In this document: piece after piece, positions 21,321 through 31,310 of the stretch
Numbering within the stretch: position 1 is the stretch's first letter
Layout of the letters: every line of letters begins with the position of its first letter
From: Paramoeba atlantica
Taxonomy: Eukaryota > Protista > Discosea
Reading direction: 5' to 3'
Length of the DNA: 64,000 nucleotides
Assembly: GCA_977017575.1 (NCBI GenBank)
Contig: CDRNVI010000009.1
Coordinates: 682,001-746,000, forward strand
The notes under the pieces: model-generated
Databases searched by the model: none
Told to the model about the DNA's origin: nothing
What the model saw: only the letters and a program-made list of their open reading frames with translations
Position numbers and translations under genes: made by a program

Positions 21321-22980
21321 TGTCAAAATGAGTATTAGTCACAACAAACCCTCCCCATGTTACAGATTCCAGGACATTAATTTTTTTTGCAAGTAAGACT
21401 ACATTTCACACATGCTCAAAACTTGAATCCAAGAGCGAAATTTATCGTCCTTCTTATACTACTCTTTATTTCCACACCGTTTATCCCCTGTAATAAACGG
21501 GTAAGCACATCCACCCTCTCCTTATTTCTCCTTAACAACGTTGCATCATCCGCTACATACGGCTCTTTCCTCTTCCCCTCTTCCTCCATGTGCCCCTTCA
21601 TTTTATACACCGCGAGACCTCCAATGCGCTACTATTTTACATTACCCAATTAAACAGCGTTTACAAATTTTAGACCAGCTCAGATGAAAAAAATCACTTA
21701 ATTTAGAGGGCTGAACCCTATGAAAGGCAAAACCGGGCAAAGCCCACAAAGCCCACTCTTACGTAGTGAAAAAAAGTACTTGGCCAAAAATAGTGAAGGA
21801 TAGTTGGCCCCCGTCGTGCCCCTTACTGACATTATTCTGATAACATTATTCGTTCTGCTTAAACATTTTCTTGTTCATGCTTTGCGAAACTTTCTCTTGA
21901 AAGTTTGTTCTTCATCGTGTAGGAGTTTCAGCATTTTGCTTTTCCTGAGTTTCACTTTTCACTAGCTTTGTATGTTACATCCGATTTCTTGGCATGTGCT
22001 GGACACTTTCCTGCATTACTGACCCCAGCAGTGTGAAGTTCTCGTTTCATGTGTATGTACTGTCGCGGTAATCTTTTGTTGCTTCTTTGTCTCCAGTATT
22101 ATTAGGTCTCCAGTAATACTAAGTATCATCTTTAAGAAATGTACACGAGCAATCTTCCTAGATTTCCACTTGTTTGCATACTTCGACTCAGCATCTAACA
22201 TAACATAACCATCGTGTCGCGATAGAATTCTCGCTCGCAAAATTTCCACAGATGCATTCTGCTTTCCAAAGCAGTCCAAAGTCGTATTTAACAAAATCAA
22301 TGCAGTGTTTCTTGCACCTTCTCCTTAAGATTTTTACTGTTATCGAGGTGCACTCTGCCGTACTCAGTAGTACCACCTCGTGGACTACGCCACCTTGTTT
22401 TGAACCATTGAATTACAACCTCCCGATCCCGCTTGCTATCTTCATATACCCCACCATAACACTTCTTTAAAAATTACATCATACGTTGATTCGAAAAATT
22501 GTGATGGCATCAAATGGAACCTCACTGACATCTAAGTTCCAGCCTGTTTTGTCGGATTCCAGCGCCAGTGTCCGGGTATTTCCGCTCCCTTTACGCCATG
22601 TATTTCCGACTTTTCGGCGTCTTTAACAAAGAAGTCCTGCTTATCGCGCCTTCGTCAAAAGGAGGAGTCCCTGCAACAAAATGTCAATGTCGATTGGGAC
22701 ATTACATAAGGACATGAGAACATTACTCTCCGGATCAGAGAGTTGGCGAATGCGCGTCGTTATCGACTGTGCGCACATCTCAATGATGTTATCCTCCATT
22801 CGCTGGGTAAGATCAGGAGGAGGAAGACGATCCGGGGCGTATTTGATGGTATTCTTCTCGACACTACTCTTGCGTAGCCATTCGAGAGAAGTTTTTGAAA
22901 ATTCAAAAACAAATCAACTTCGCAAAAAACATGGCATAAAAAAGAGTTTGTCAAAAACGTTTCACATATTGTGTTTTGAG

Positions 22981-23075
22981 AGTTTGAGACCTCTACCTGC
23001 TTTCTACGCCGTTGTTTTCACAAAATACCTCTTCTTGAAGCCGTGGCACGCCTCCCCAAAATGACCCCCCCCCCA
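22981..23075. repeat. Diverged fragment of repeat family A
   Basis: AGTTTG.GACC...CT.GCTTTCTACGCCGTTGTTTTC.CAA...CAAAATGACCC is shared with 57782-57870. Confidence 0.6.
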
Positions 23076-23195
23076 AAAAAAAAATAGGTGTCCTGACAAA
23101 CCAAGCAAAACCCGGCAAAACTTGACAAGGCGCTTGCGAACGATGCATTTTCTCATCTGTCCACGATCCTCCCTTGAATTTTATGGTGGAATTCA

Positions 23196-23657
23196 AGGAA
23201 GATTGTACACTTTTTAAAAAATAAGTAATATCTGTTTATTCTGAACAAAAATTGTGCAGAAAAGCATCTTACGAAGTGATATAAACTTTACTTATTGCTA
23301 TTCACTAAGAACATTTTTTTCTCGCTATTCTTGTATCTCAATGGTCTGCTCTGGATGCCCCGACACGAGATGCGCAGAGCAGTTGGCTTTAACGGACGTG
23401 GGTGCTTGGAATGATACAAGTGCTCTTGTGTGATTAAGATCTCATACAAAATTTGGCGGACTTCCGTACCCGATAGGAGAGCGGAAACGTTGATACCACT
23501 CGTTGAAGAAAAGGCTCGTGCACTCCGTTGTCGCATCTCGACCGATGGAGCACGCCACAACCAGACAGGTTTCTCAGGCAAGTACCGCTGGATCCACGTA
23601 TTCCATCGGAATGAATGGGTAACACCAGAAGGTGTGCACACAAAAATAATTGAATGA
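23196..23657 (+). pseudogene. Decayed Merlin transposase fragment
   Basis: VPDRRAETLIPLVEE..RISTDGARHN..VFHRNEWVTPEGVHT is homologous to 6961-7920; TIR-like TTGTACACTTTTT near 23205. Confidence 0.8.
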
Positions 23658-24214
23658 GGCAATTCGATGCTCAAGAAGCGATTGATAAGTACGAGGTGAT
23701 AAGTTATGTAAATTTGGAGAAAAGGGAAAAGTATGCAATTTTCCTTGAATGTAACCATCTTCAGGCGTAGCGCAGAGTCTAGTAGTTGTAGAGCCTAGTT
23801 ATTCCGAAGATGATTTCTTATTTTGCATGAATATGATACCACAAAAAATTAAAAGAAAAAAGATTCCATTATCTTGTGGCGCGCCTTTTTTAAGGGAGGA
23901 GATTTCTTACCCCCCTATTTAGTGTGAATTTTTTCGAATTTCACTCAACAGTAAATCAGGGGGGGCACTAAAAAAGAACAGTGTCGGAAAAAACGTCAAG
24001 AGTGATTTAGAAGAACAATTGGGCCCATGTAAAGCGCAAAAAGACCGCATTTCAAGCTACTCTTTGCACGCTAAACGTACTTTTTCGGACTAGAATAGTT
24101 CATTTTGGCCCCAAATGCGAAACGCGGGTTCGGTGCGGGTTCGGTGATGCACACCCGCAGCCCCTTGTTTTTTTTAAAATTTTTATTTTATCCCCTGCAA
24201 TAAACTGGTAGCCA

Positions 24215-25080
24215 GTTGACCCCCCTTACTTACATACTCCTCCCTCCTCAAAAAAAAGTCCTTCGTTATCCTATCTTGCTCTTCCCCCCTCCCCCATGCG
24301 CCCCTCCCTCCCCCTCCACGCCCGTGTATTCAACATGGGAACGCGCCCGGTGAACCCCACCACCCTTGCCGCGGAGAACACCCACAAGCAACGCCACGGG
24401 GCTCGTGTGGACGCCATCAAGCGTTCCCTCACCATGTTCCTGGACGACCCCGCGGAGCTCTCCCGGCACTGCTCCGGGCTCCCTGGGGTGCGGTTCTCCA
24501 GTGAGCTCCCCGCGGACCCGTTAACCCGGCTGTTCTTTCAAGTTAAAGGACACCAGGCGCTCTACCAGACCTCGTTTGAGGAGGAGAACGGGAATTCGTT
24601 TTCTAGAGTCCAGGATCACACGAGTATGGATGGGGACCGGCCCACACTGCGTACACGACCGCGGCTACCGGTGTATGACATGGGCGCTCGACTGATGGAG
24701 GCTACGGAGCGGATGAAACGCTTTGTGGTGGTCCCGAGTACTGTGGAGACTCGTGGGGTGGCTCGGATTATGCACTACCATGGGATCATCGCCGGGATGC
24801 GGGATTTTAACAACCGCCGGGCGTTCGCGGTTGAGCTGAAGTACTACCAGGGCGCTGGGGTTTTGCAGTTCTTTACTGCGGTGCGATGCAATGAGGAGAC
24901 CAATGAGACGGAGTGGTCCCCGATGATGGTACGGAGGCTGGCGTCCTCGACCGCCGCGGGGGCGATACGCATTGTGTGCGTGCGCGCCTGGGATGGGAGG
25001 ATTCTAGACCAGTTCCAGGCAATGAAGGAGGGAATCGGGGGGACGGGGTTGTGTATGATTCATTGAAGGTGGAGTGCGTA
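24215..25080. other. Skew-switch island 3 (switch near 24600)
   Basis: C-ending codons in the 5' half of uS8m, G/T-ending codons in the 3' half. Confidence 0.78.
24296..25066 (+). CDS. uS8m: Mitochondrial ribosomal protein uS8m, kinetoplastid type
   Basis: S8 fold pattern PVYDMGARL..VVVPSTVETRGVARIMHYHGIIAGMRDF..RAFAVELKYY..QAMKEGIGGTGLCMIH with an N-terminal extension as in trypanosomatid uS8m (recalled). Confidence 0.8.
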   Translation: MRPSLPLHARVFNMGTRPVNPTTLAAENTHKQRHGARVDAIKRSLTMFLDDPAELSRHCSGLPGVRFSSELPADPLTRLFFQVKGHQALYQTSFEEENGNSFSRVQDHTSMDGDRPTLRTRPRLPVYDMGARLMEATERMKRFVVVPSTVETRGVARIMHYHGIIAGMRDFNNRRAFAVELKYYQGAGVLQFFTAVRCNEETNETEWSPMMVRRLASSTAAGAIRIVCVRAWDGRILDQFQAMKEGIGGTGLCMIH

Positions 25081-25269
25081 TAATACATGGTATCTTACAT
25101 AGGGGTGATCAGAAAACTATAAATATTAGCACCTGATTTACGGTGTTCAGGAACGTAATATTAAAAATCATTGGGCTAATAATCGGTTATGATTTCACGC
25201 TTGTACTTCTGACTATAAAATGCATCAATAGTTAGTCACGGCGAACTACTCGACGGCCGAAACGTGAAC

Positions 25270-28200
25270 ATGAGGAGAAGTCTGATAATATTGCTGTTGC
25301 TGTCGAATCTCCTTGGAAGCGATTTACATGACACTACTAAAAACACATCGAAGGAGAGCGCCGGACTTCCCAAACAACAAGACGCCGCAAGACTCGGAAA
25401 TGCTTCTCTCCCCTTTATTGAAAAGGAAGGTAGTTCGAAGAGTCCTCAGTCGGATGTTCAACATCCAGATACCAAGGAGCATTCGCAGGTTACGGAACCC
25501 GCCACGACCCCGCATGGTGTCGCTGATTCGTCTGTTGAAGCACATTTACATTCGCCTTCTGAGGAGTTAATCCCTGCGCCTGTGACGATGCTTCCGAAAG
25601 ATCCGCAACAAAGGCGTCGCTTGTCGATTGATAGCCCTGTTCCACACCCTGTTCAAGATCGACGCAAGATTGCTCGATCCGGTCGACCATATATTCCGGC
25701 CCCCAAATCCGGTCGTAGGAATGCATCACAGCCGTATCCAATGCCTGAACGACCAGGTGCATCTTCTCCGGAGGAAAGCCCGCCTCGCTTTGAAGGGGAA
25801 CTACCTGTGCATCAAATAGGAATTCCAAGGCAGTATATGGGTCCTCCGTCCAGCACAACGATGCTGGGTCGTTTCCAGTACTCGACACTTCCCTCGTTGC
25901 AAACCTCCTTTCAACGCAAAGTGCCGTACGGCGCAGAGCGAATACTCCGGGAATCTGCCGAGAGCAATCCTTCACGAGACGCTCGTCTAAGGCGCATGTC
26001 AGTTTCTAGGGCACAAGAACAACAAAATCTTGATGATACTAACCGGTCGTCTGTTGGGCGGCAGACACCAGTAACTCCGACTACGGAAAAGACACAAGCA
26101 CAGCCTGTTTTTAAGGAACCGCAACGTGTACGAAGCTTTGAACTCCGCGAAACACTTGCTCCCCGACGTAAATCTCAGGAAAAAGTTCTCTCCGCCATCG
26201 GAAAATTCGGGTCGAGGCGATCATCCAAGCCTTTGAACGTGGAGGGCTCCTCTGACAATGCTTCCTTACCTTCACAGACCTCTGTAGAGGAGACTTTTCA
26301 AGGACGTCGCATTCCTCCTCCTCGACCTACCTCAGCACCGATTACAGAACAAGTACCACTTCGATCGAAGCCGTTAACCTCTGTGTTTTCGCAAAGTACA
26401 TCTGAACTGAGCAGCCCAACACACCCATCCCAGGGCTCTACCCGAAAGAAGTCTCCTCGAGAGAAACATGGCATATTTAGCATAAACAGGTATTTCAAAC
26501 CTCAAGCAACCCCTCCACGAATTGGACGAAAAGAAGGTACATTGCCTGCGCAGAAAGCTGCGAAACCTCCTGTCGACCCTACAAAGATCACGGGAAAAGA
26601 AACCCCGCGAAGGAGGCGCTCGATTGAACCACCGCACGCCCAAAAACCTGTTCCTCCGATCCAGCGATCTCAAAGCGTCGCTTTGGGAGCCACTCTGTCT
26701 TCCTCCGAACCCCAACAACACCGTGGATGGTGGAAGCAAGAATTACAAAACAAACTAGAGAACGAGGAGCGTGAGTTAAAAACGCGGTCAACCCCACGAG
26801 CCAGTCCACGACAGGGTCCGCGTCTGCAACGCACACCGGAGAGTAGTGCCTCACGAAGTCTCCCTCCCATGACCCCTCCGATGCCTTCTCCTTCCCAAAC
26901 CCCAAAGAGAAGGGAGTCATTGGGACCGGTAGCATTGCTTACGATGGGAGGTCTTACTAAAGATAAGCGATTCACAGCCCCCTTGTCCCGACGAAGCAAA
27001 TACTCCTCCCTCTCGGATGTGCGCCAGTATGTGCAAAAGAAAGAGGCGGGAGATTTAAGCCCCATATCCAGTTTACCCAACGTCGCGGAGAGAATGCGAG
27101 AGCGCTGGGGTAGCGAGCTTCGACGACCACGCTCGATGGCTCCGGAGAAAATAAATCGTCTGCACTCGTCGCTTTCGAGAAGCAGCTCCTCGAGTGATTT
27201 AATGAGGCTGACTCGACCCTCAACGCGCCCGCGGAGGACAGAAAATAGGATTGAAGAGGAGAGTGAGAATGAGGAAGAAGCTTTGGAGGACCTAGACATG
27301 GGTGTGTCATCACCTCATCAACCGAGGAGTCGAGAACTAGCGTCCTCGTCGAAATTGTCAGACACGGATAGCTCACCGTCGCTTACGCCAGTCTTTGAAG
27401 AAAAGGAATCTGAGGAAACTCCAGACTTAGATCCCCGAGAGGCGTTGCAGTACGCTCTTTCCATTGTCCGAACGACCGTAGAGGGCGAGATTCCGGTGCG
27501 ACTCCCAGAAGAAAAAGTAACCATCCAACCGCGACAAGACTTCGTGCGTGAGCTTCTGCTTGTGGATGGGCTTGCCGACGACACGTTAAGCGCTCGGCAG
27601 GCAATTCTTGGACAGCATGTACGACACATACTCACACCGCAGCGCTACTTCCTGAGTGTTTGCAAAAACTACCTACCCGGTATTGCATACATCATCCACG
27701 AGCTACCTCCTTTAGAAGGTTATTATGGTACCCCGATTGCAACATTCAAGCCCGTAAATCTAGAAATGGGCACAACGATGTTCAGAAAATATCATTCCGG
27801 GTACAAGTTTGCATTTCACCGTGCCTTTCCGAAGGGTCAAGGTGTTCATCGTGAGATAGCGGCCCATCGTTTGAACTCAATAGTGAATGCGATGACCGCA
27901 GTACGCGTGGGTTTCCGTATTCCTACCGGTCTCCCCTTGCGCATTGGTGGTTTAGGTGGCGGCTACTTACAGGAAAGAGTTCTACCAGTTACCGTTCCCG
28001 ATTTTCACCACCCCATGTCACTTGACTACATGGTTGATTGTCAAATGAACCACATATTCAACCTGCTAACCATGAACTCCTATACGCAAGGCACAATTTA
28101 CGGTCACATACGAGAGCTCCTAACCGCGGGGGTTATCGCGCAGGAACAAACCCATGCCGCGCAAACATTTTTTCGTCCCGGTCTGTACAGTACGAACAAC

Positions 28201-28917
28201 GCGTACATTCTCCCAGACACCGAAAAAATGCTGAGTATTACCGATCTGTCACTACGCTTAACCAGGACGCCATACCTTGACATTCCATTCCTACCCCCCG
28301 TAGATGCCTTTCTCCGTGCGTTAAAAATGGACCAGTTTCAGGAACTGCTGGAGAATCTGAAGTTCTCGCCTACAATACAAACCAATGTTCAAATCGCGAT
28401 TCGTGTCATCCAAGCGTGCGCGTTGCGAGGCCTTACTCCGATTCAAGCCATGCGATTCCTTTACACACAACGTCCTGTTAATTTTTTCGCTATTTTATAC
28501 ATCCGTCTACCGCGGGAAAACGGAGCGTTCAGTGAGGAACAATGGCAACACTTTGAACGCATTCTTGATCATTCGTTAAATGAAATCTTTGTACCCAATG
28601 CGTACCATTGTGATACGATAGCCCAACCGGACTACAGCAAAAGTCCGAGGGGCCTTGAGGTTTGTCCCTCACGCCTTCGAACGGGTCCCGACGGACAGTT
28701 AATTGATCGTTCTGCGGTGAGCTGGGGCAGAGCTCTCACACACTACGAGGGGGACGAAAAAGTCATTCCCTCTGCCTACACAAAAATGGCCTTTGAGCAC
28801 ACGGTTTCAGGTTCTAAAATTTCATGGTGGCGACGTTGGCTCTACAATATAAAACAATTTTTGCGGCCCTACGTGTGGAATTTCCGTAGACTCATGCGTG
28901 AGGAATACCGGTGGTAG
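25270..28917 (+). CDS. Signal-peptide protein with a long disordered region and a C-terminal PI4K type II-like (pseudo)kinase domain, paralogue 1
   Basis: MRRSLIILLLLSNLLGS; TFKP, REIAAHRLN, FRIPT, GYLQERV, TMNSY, NNAYILPD, RGLTP motifs. Confidence 0.82.
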   Translation: MRRSLIILLLLSNLLGSDLHDTTKNTSKESAGLPKQQDAARLGNASLPFIEKEGSSKSPQSDVQHPDTKEHSQVTEPATTPHGVADSSVEAHLHSPSEELIPAPVTMLPKDPQQRRRLSIDSPVPHPVQDRRKIARSGRPYIPAPKSGRRNASQPYPMPERPGASSPEESPPRFEGELPVHQIGIPRQYMGPPSSTTMLGRFQYSTLPSLQTSFQRKVPYGAERILRESAESNPSRDARLRRMSVSRAQEQQNLDDTNRSSVGRQTPVTPTTEKTQAQPVFKEPQRVRSFELRETLAPRRKSQEKVLSAIGKFGSRRSSKPLNVEGSSDNASLPSQTSVEETFQGRRIPPPRPTSAPITEQVPLRSKPLTSVFSQSTSELSSPTHPSQGSTRKKSPREKHGIFSINRYFKPQATPPRIGRKEGTLPAQKAAKPPVDPTKITGKETPRRRRSIEPPHAQKPVPPIQRSQSVALGATLSSSEPQQHRGWWKQELQNKLENEERELKTRSTPRASPRQGPRLQRTPESSASRSLPPMTPPMPSPSQTPKRRESLGPVALLTMGGLTKDKRFTAPLSRRSKYSSLSDVRQYVQKKEAGDLSPISSLPNVAERMRERWGSELRRPRSMAPEKINRLHSSLSRSSSSSDLMRLTRPSTRPRRTENRIEEESENEEEALEDLDMGVSSPHQPRSRELASSSKLSDTDSSPSLTPVFEEKESEETPDLDPREALQYALSIVRTTVEGEIPVRLPEEKVTIQPRQDFVRELLLVDGLADDTLSARQAILGQHVRHILTPQRYFLSVCKNYLPGIAYIIHELPPLEGYYGTPIATFKPVNLEMGTTMFRKYHSGYKFAFHRAFPKGQGVHREIAAHRLNSIVNAMTAVRVGFRIPTGLPLRIGGLGGGYLQERVLPVTVPDFHHPMSLDYMVDCQMNHIFNLLTMNSYTQGTIYGHIRELLTAGVIAQEQTHAAQTFFRPGLYSTNNAYILPDTEKMLSITDLSLRLTRTPYLDIPFLPPVDAFLRALKMDQFQELLENLKFSPTIQTNVQIAIRVIQACALRGLTPIQAMRFLYTQRPVNFFAILYIRLPRENGAFSEEQWQHFERILDHSLNEIFVPNAYHCDTIAQPDYSKSPRGLEVCPSRLRTGPDGQLIDRSAVSWGRALTHYEGDEKVIPSAYTKMAFEHTVSGSKISWWRRWLYNIKQFLRPYVWNFRRLMREEYRW

Positions 28918-29227
28918 AGTTAGAAGCCTTCACTTTGTAAATACCTAACCAACCATCTTTGAGCTTTTCTGTGTATTTTCATGGTAAGTTTGCGTTTGCG
29001 CTCTTATTATCTACTTGCATTTTGTGTATATCCTTTTTTCGTTATTTTGTACATAACTTTGAACTAGAAGTAGGACGGTTAAACTAAAATTTTGTCGTAC
29101 CAAATTTTATAAACTAGCATAAGTCGTCTGAACCACTACACTGATAAGTCAATCACAGGTATCTATAGATTATTTTTACCTTTTCAAAGATTTCTTGCAG
29201 TGAATTCCCAGCCTTTTTCTAACGCGA

Positions 29228-30649
29228 ATGCTGATCTTCGTTGGCCTACTCAGCTGTCTTGGGCTGTGCTGCCATGAGGAGAAAACGTTTCAAACGAGAA
29301 CCCCCGTCCCGAGAATTTCGAAACATGGGAACAGAGAGAAATCTCCTTCCCGTTCGCGGCCAAAAGTTCATGAAAATGTGCGCTCTCTAAGAGAAACATT
29401 AGCTCCACCGATGCCGCATGATATTGAAGAGCTCTCCCCCATCCTTCCCCCACGTGAAGACTCTTCTAACTCCCCTCTTGGGGGTCAACCACTATTCGCG
29501 TCGCCTTTCCGACTTGCGACTCAATTCGTATCACCGAATTTTGATAACTCTATTTCTCGAGCCGTTCAGTCTCTAGTCGAAGAAAGTTCTCTGAACGAGT
29601 TCGAAATAGCTTTGTTGCGCAAAGCTCAAGAAGTGTTTGGCAACAAGCGGGGCTACCACATTGAAAAGGAGGAGGGACGACCGATGTCAGGCAATTTTTA
29701 TACCGTCCGTGCATCACATAGAATTCTGGATTTATGGAGTCAGCCGGATATTCTATTTAATTTCCGACCAACGAATTTGGAGGTCGGAACACTGAACTAC
29801 CGCATGCATACTCACGCAGGTCGATTCCCTTTTGAAAAAGAGTACACCCCGGGGTTAGGTGCCGTGCGAGAATATGCTTCCTATCGACTACATGCCCTAA
29901 TGGCGGCAAGAGGGTGCAATTTCCTGTTCAGCATCCCTCCAACTATCCCTGTATGGATTGAAGGCTTTGGTACTGGAATACTACAGCAAGAAGTCCAAAA
30001 ACCATCACTCGGGTGCTCTACACCCGATCATCCTCCGAATCTTACGGCGGAATACCAACTACGAGTCCTTTTCCAGATACTAACGTTGAATCCAGAGGAA
30101 GACCTGGGCTGCATAGGAAAGCTTTCTTCAAAAACCCGGAGAGAGGAAGTCCAACGAAACAAACGAAATGCTCTATTTTTTTCAAAGCATATATTGAGTT
30201 TTCCCGATTCAAAGCATATCATGAATGTTACCACCATGGGGTTCCGTGCTCTTAGAGTTCCTTATATGAAGGAGACGTTTGATCCTAAGGTCCGTGCTAT
30301 AGTTTTGGGCTTGAAAGCAGAAGAGTACGTTCCAATGCTGCGAGTTTTTGGATTTTCCACAGCAGTGTGTATCAATTTCGAGATAGCACTTGAGGCCATA
30401 CAGTTCTGTGTAAGGAAAAAGAAGTTTACACCTTTGCAAACGATACGCTTCGCGCTAACTGAAGAGCCCATTGCTTTCCTTCCCTTTATATTCTCACAAC
30501 TCGAAGGGAGCGAGGAGGCCGACACACGTACCTTTGTGCGCGAAATGCTTACTTTGTTTAGCCAGCGAGTCAAGCCGTCTAATAAATACAAGTACGAATA
30601 CGATGGAGTATCTGAACATGATTACCGAGGCGTGCTCACAGGATGCTAA
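29228..30649 (+). CDS. Signal-peptide PI4K type II-like pseudokinase, paralogue 2
   Basis: MLIFVGLLSCLGLCC; NFRP, REYASYRLH, FSIPPT, GILQQEV, TLNPEE, KKFTP motifs colinear with paralogue 1. Confidence 0.8.
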   Translation: MLIFVGLLSCLGLCCHEEKTFQTRTPVPRISKHGNREKSPSRSRPKVHENVRSLRETLAPPMPHDIEELSPILPPREDSSNSPLGGQPLFASPFRLATQFVSPNFDNSISRAVQSLVEESSLNEFEIALLRKAQEVFGNKRGYHIEKEEGRPMSGNFYTVRASHRILDLWSQPDILFNFRPTNLEVGTLNYRMHTHAGRFPFEKEYTPGLGAVREYASYRLHALMAARGCNFLFSIPPTIPVWIEGFGTGILQQEVQKPSLGCSTPDHPPNLTAEYQLRVLFQILTLNPEEDLGCIGKLSSKTRREEVQRNKRNALFFSKHILSFPDSKHIMNVTTMGFRALRVPYMKETFDPKVRAIVLGLKAEEYVPMLRVFGFSTAVCINFEIALEAIQFCVRKKKFTPLQTIRFALTEEPIAFLPFIFSQLEGSEEADTRTFVREMLTLFSQRVKPSNKYKYEYDGVSEHDYRGVLTGC

Positions 30650-31310
30650 GTCTCTTCTTTTGCCATGGGTGATAGCCCATGACGTAAAACTTCCCGACCA
30701 TGGACTGTCACATCTACTCGATACAATGCAGTTTTTCTACTCTCATTTTTCGTTGGTAGGAAATGGTGCCTTTCTCAGTGGGTATGATTTTTAGACGTTG
30801 TATTTCCTGTCGTGAATCAATTTTTTCGCGATCCGGCGCTCCATGCGAAGAAAAGTTTACGTGATTATTTTTTAGTGCATTATGATGTTCATTGTGCGGA
30901 ATATTTAGGAGGGGGCTTGAATTTCTTTCCCTAAGAAAGCAAGGTGCAGCCTTTTCAATGATCCAATAGCATTACGCTTGCAGGATGACTCCCTCTCACT
31001 TCCTGGGAAGGACGGCTTATTTGCATTGAATGTAACGTGCAGCAAAAGGCGATGTGATTTTTGGAGGGACCCAGCGAAGCAAAAAAGGCTCGAATAATTC
31101 ACTTTTTCAGTGGCTAATGTACTGAATATAATTATTCATGTGTATGCGATTGATGTTCGTATGATTGATGTATATTTCGAGACTATTGGTACCGTAGGCT
31201 ATACGGCCGTTTACACACTATAGCGAGAGATCTATTTTGATAACTTCAGCTTAAAATGTATATTTTTTCTACACGAGACGGTTTCTATAGAGCTTTTTAA
31301 AGAATTTTTT

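Noticed and set aside
21387-22960. Short ORFs on both strands at 21.4-23.0 kb
   Set aside because: No recognisable motifs; probably decayed TE sequence, but I could not assign a family.
24120-24165. GCGGGTTCGGT repeat resembling a tRNA T-loop
   Set aside because: No cloverleaf or A-box; it is an 11-bp tandem duplication.
24296-25066. uS8m as a novelty
   Set aside because: It is an expected kinetoplastid mitoribosomal protein, useful only as a taxonomic marker.
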